From assembly GCA_010909165.1 (NCBI GenBank), contig MU008168.1, positions 124,001-188,000 on the forward strand: a DNA stretch of 64,000 nt, written 5' to 3'. A model generated the notes under the pieces. It worked only from the letters and a program-made list of their open reading frames with translations, was not told the DNA's origin and did not search any database. Made by a program: the position numbers and the translations under genes. Below, piece after piece: positions 63,161-64,000 of this stretch (the first letter of the stretch is position 1; each line of letters begins with the position of its first letter). Origin of the DNA: Anthoceros angustus (taxonomy: Eukaryota; Plantae; Anthocerotophyta).

Positions 63161-64000
63161 TCGAAGCCGCAAAACACCGATTGCCACACACAAGGCACAT
63201 TACCTTCAAAATCGCACAAACAAAACTGCTGATTCCAGCCGCGCCTCGATCTTGCATGTGGGGAGCCCGCTCGCAGAAGGAAGGAGGGCTAAGAAGCCCC
63301 ACATAGCTCACAATGCGGCACAAAGGGTTGATTACAACAACCAGCTCGAGCACGCGAACTTTTGAGCCCGCGGAGTGTGCGATCGCCGCCGGATGTGGGC
63401 GAGCAAGTGCGAGATTGCATCCAGTCGCCCGCGGGCGAAGGATCAACTCAAGATCGAGCTCGCGATGGCAATAGCGAGAGTGCGCCCACGCGTAAGGCCG
63501 AAATTGGGGTAAGCGGCGGGTTGACTTACCACCGGATAAAAACAGATCTCAAGTAAAAGTAAAGTAAGTTAAAGTAAATAATAGCAAACGTAAAAGTATA
63601 TAAAAGTGAAACTAACATATATTGAAATATTATTTTAATGAAAACTTAAAGTCACCCTCTCACATCTCTCTATCCTTTTCAAAGTAACCAAGTGTACCAA
63701 GCCATATGGTACTAAAGTGTACCACCAAACCATGCTACCACCTGAGTATATAAACCTTGTCTCTTGTTTTGGCTCGGAAATTAGGACGACAAGAGACCGC
63801 AGAAGGTATGATCTCTGCTCGGCCGCCCCATCCTCAAGAACTGCACTGCTGTTTTGAAAGCTTTTTCAGAACTTGGGGATGCATAGTTTGTTGCAACAAG
63901 GTTTGCGGAAATCTTCACAGATCTCCTCGCTCTTCTTAAGCGAACGCCCGCCGCTCACCGCTTCGAACACAAAACCGCATCGCTAGGTTGTAGTGTCTCG

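Noticed and set aside
60046-63446. Repetitive Thr/Arg/Pro/His-rich ORFs
   Set aside because: Satellite translations whose frames are not preserved between units

Overview
Eukaryotic land-plant genomic DNA. The genes are GC-rich and tightly packed, with introns mostly 80-130 bp. This fits a compact non-seed plant genome such as a hornwort (inference). Bases 1-38,100 are gene-dense. In order they hold: the 3' part of a GAUT (GT8) gene, a decayed PLS/E-type PPR gene, CDP-diacylglycerol synthase, GH20 beta-hexosaminidase, an AT-rich relic island, a class-3 lipase, an FtsJ/RlmE methyltransferase, exportin-4, a minus-strand gene, a DUF3326 gene, a tRNA-Gly-derived element and an orphan membrane ORF. 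The minus-strand gene splices in frame into a 728-aa FLX coiled-coil + WW + Q/P-rich + CELF-like RRM fusion across two unusually long introns. This is the most interesting feature, because it joins in one protein the FLX/FLL2-type and FCA-type modules that act as separate partners in Arabidopsis 3'-end-processing condensates. From ~38,300 onward the sequence is repeat-derived: a CRE-like non-LTR retrotransposon, L1 ORF1 relics, a large region with two divergent Sola-like DDE transposases plus Ulp1-like fragments, and several tandem duplications and satellites. Indel-dominated differences between duplicated copies suggest that part of this right-hand region is an unpolished long-read consensus. 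All gene models were spliced by hand and no database searches were run.
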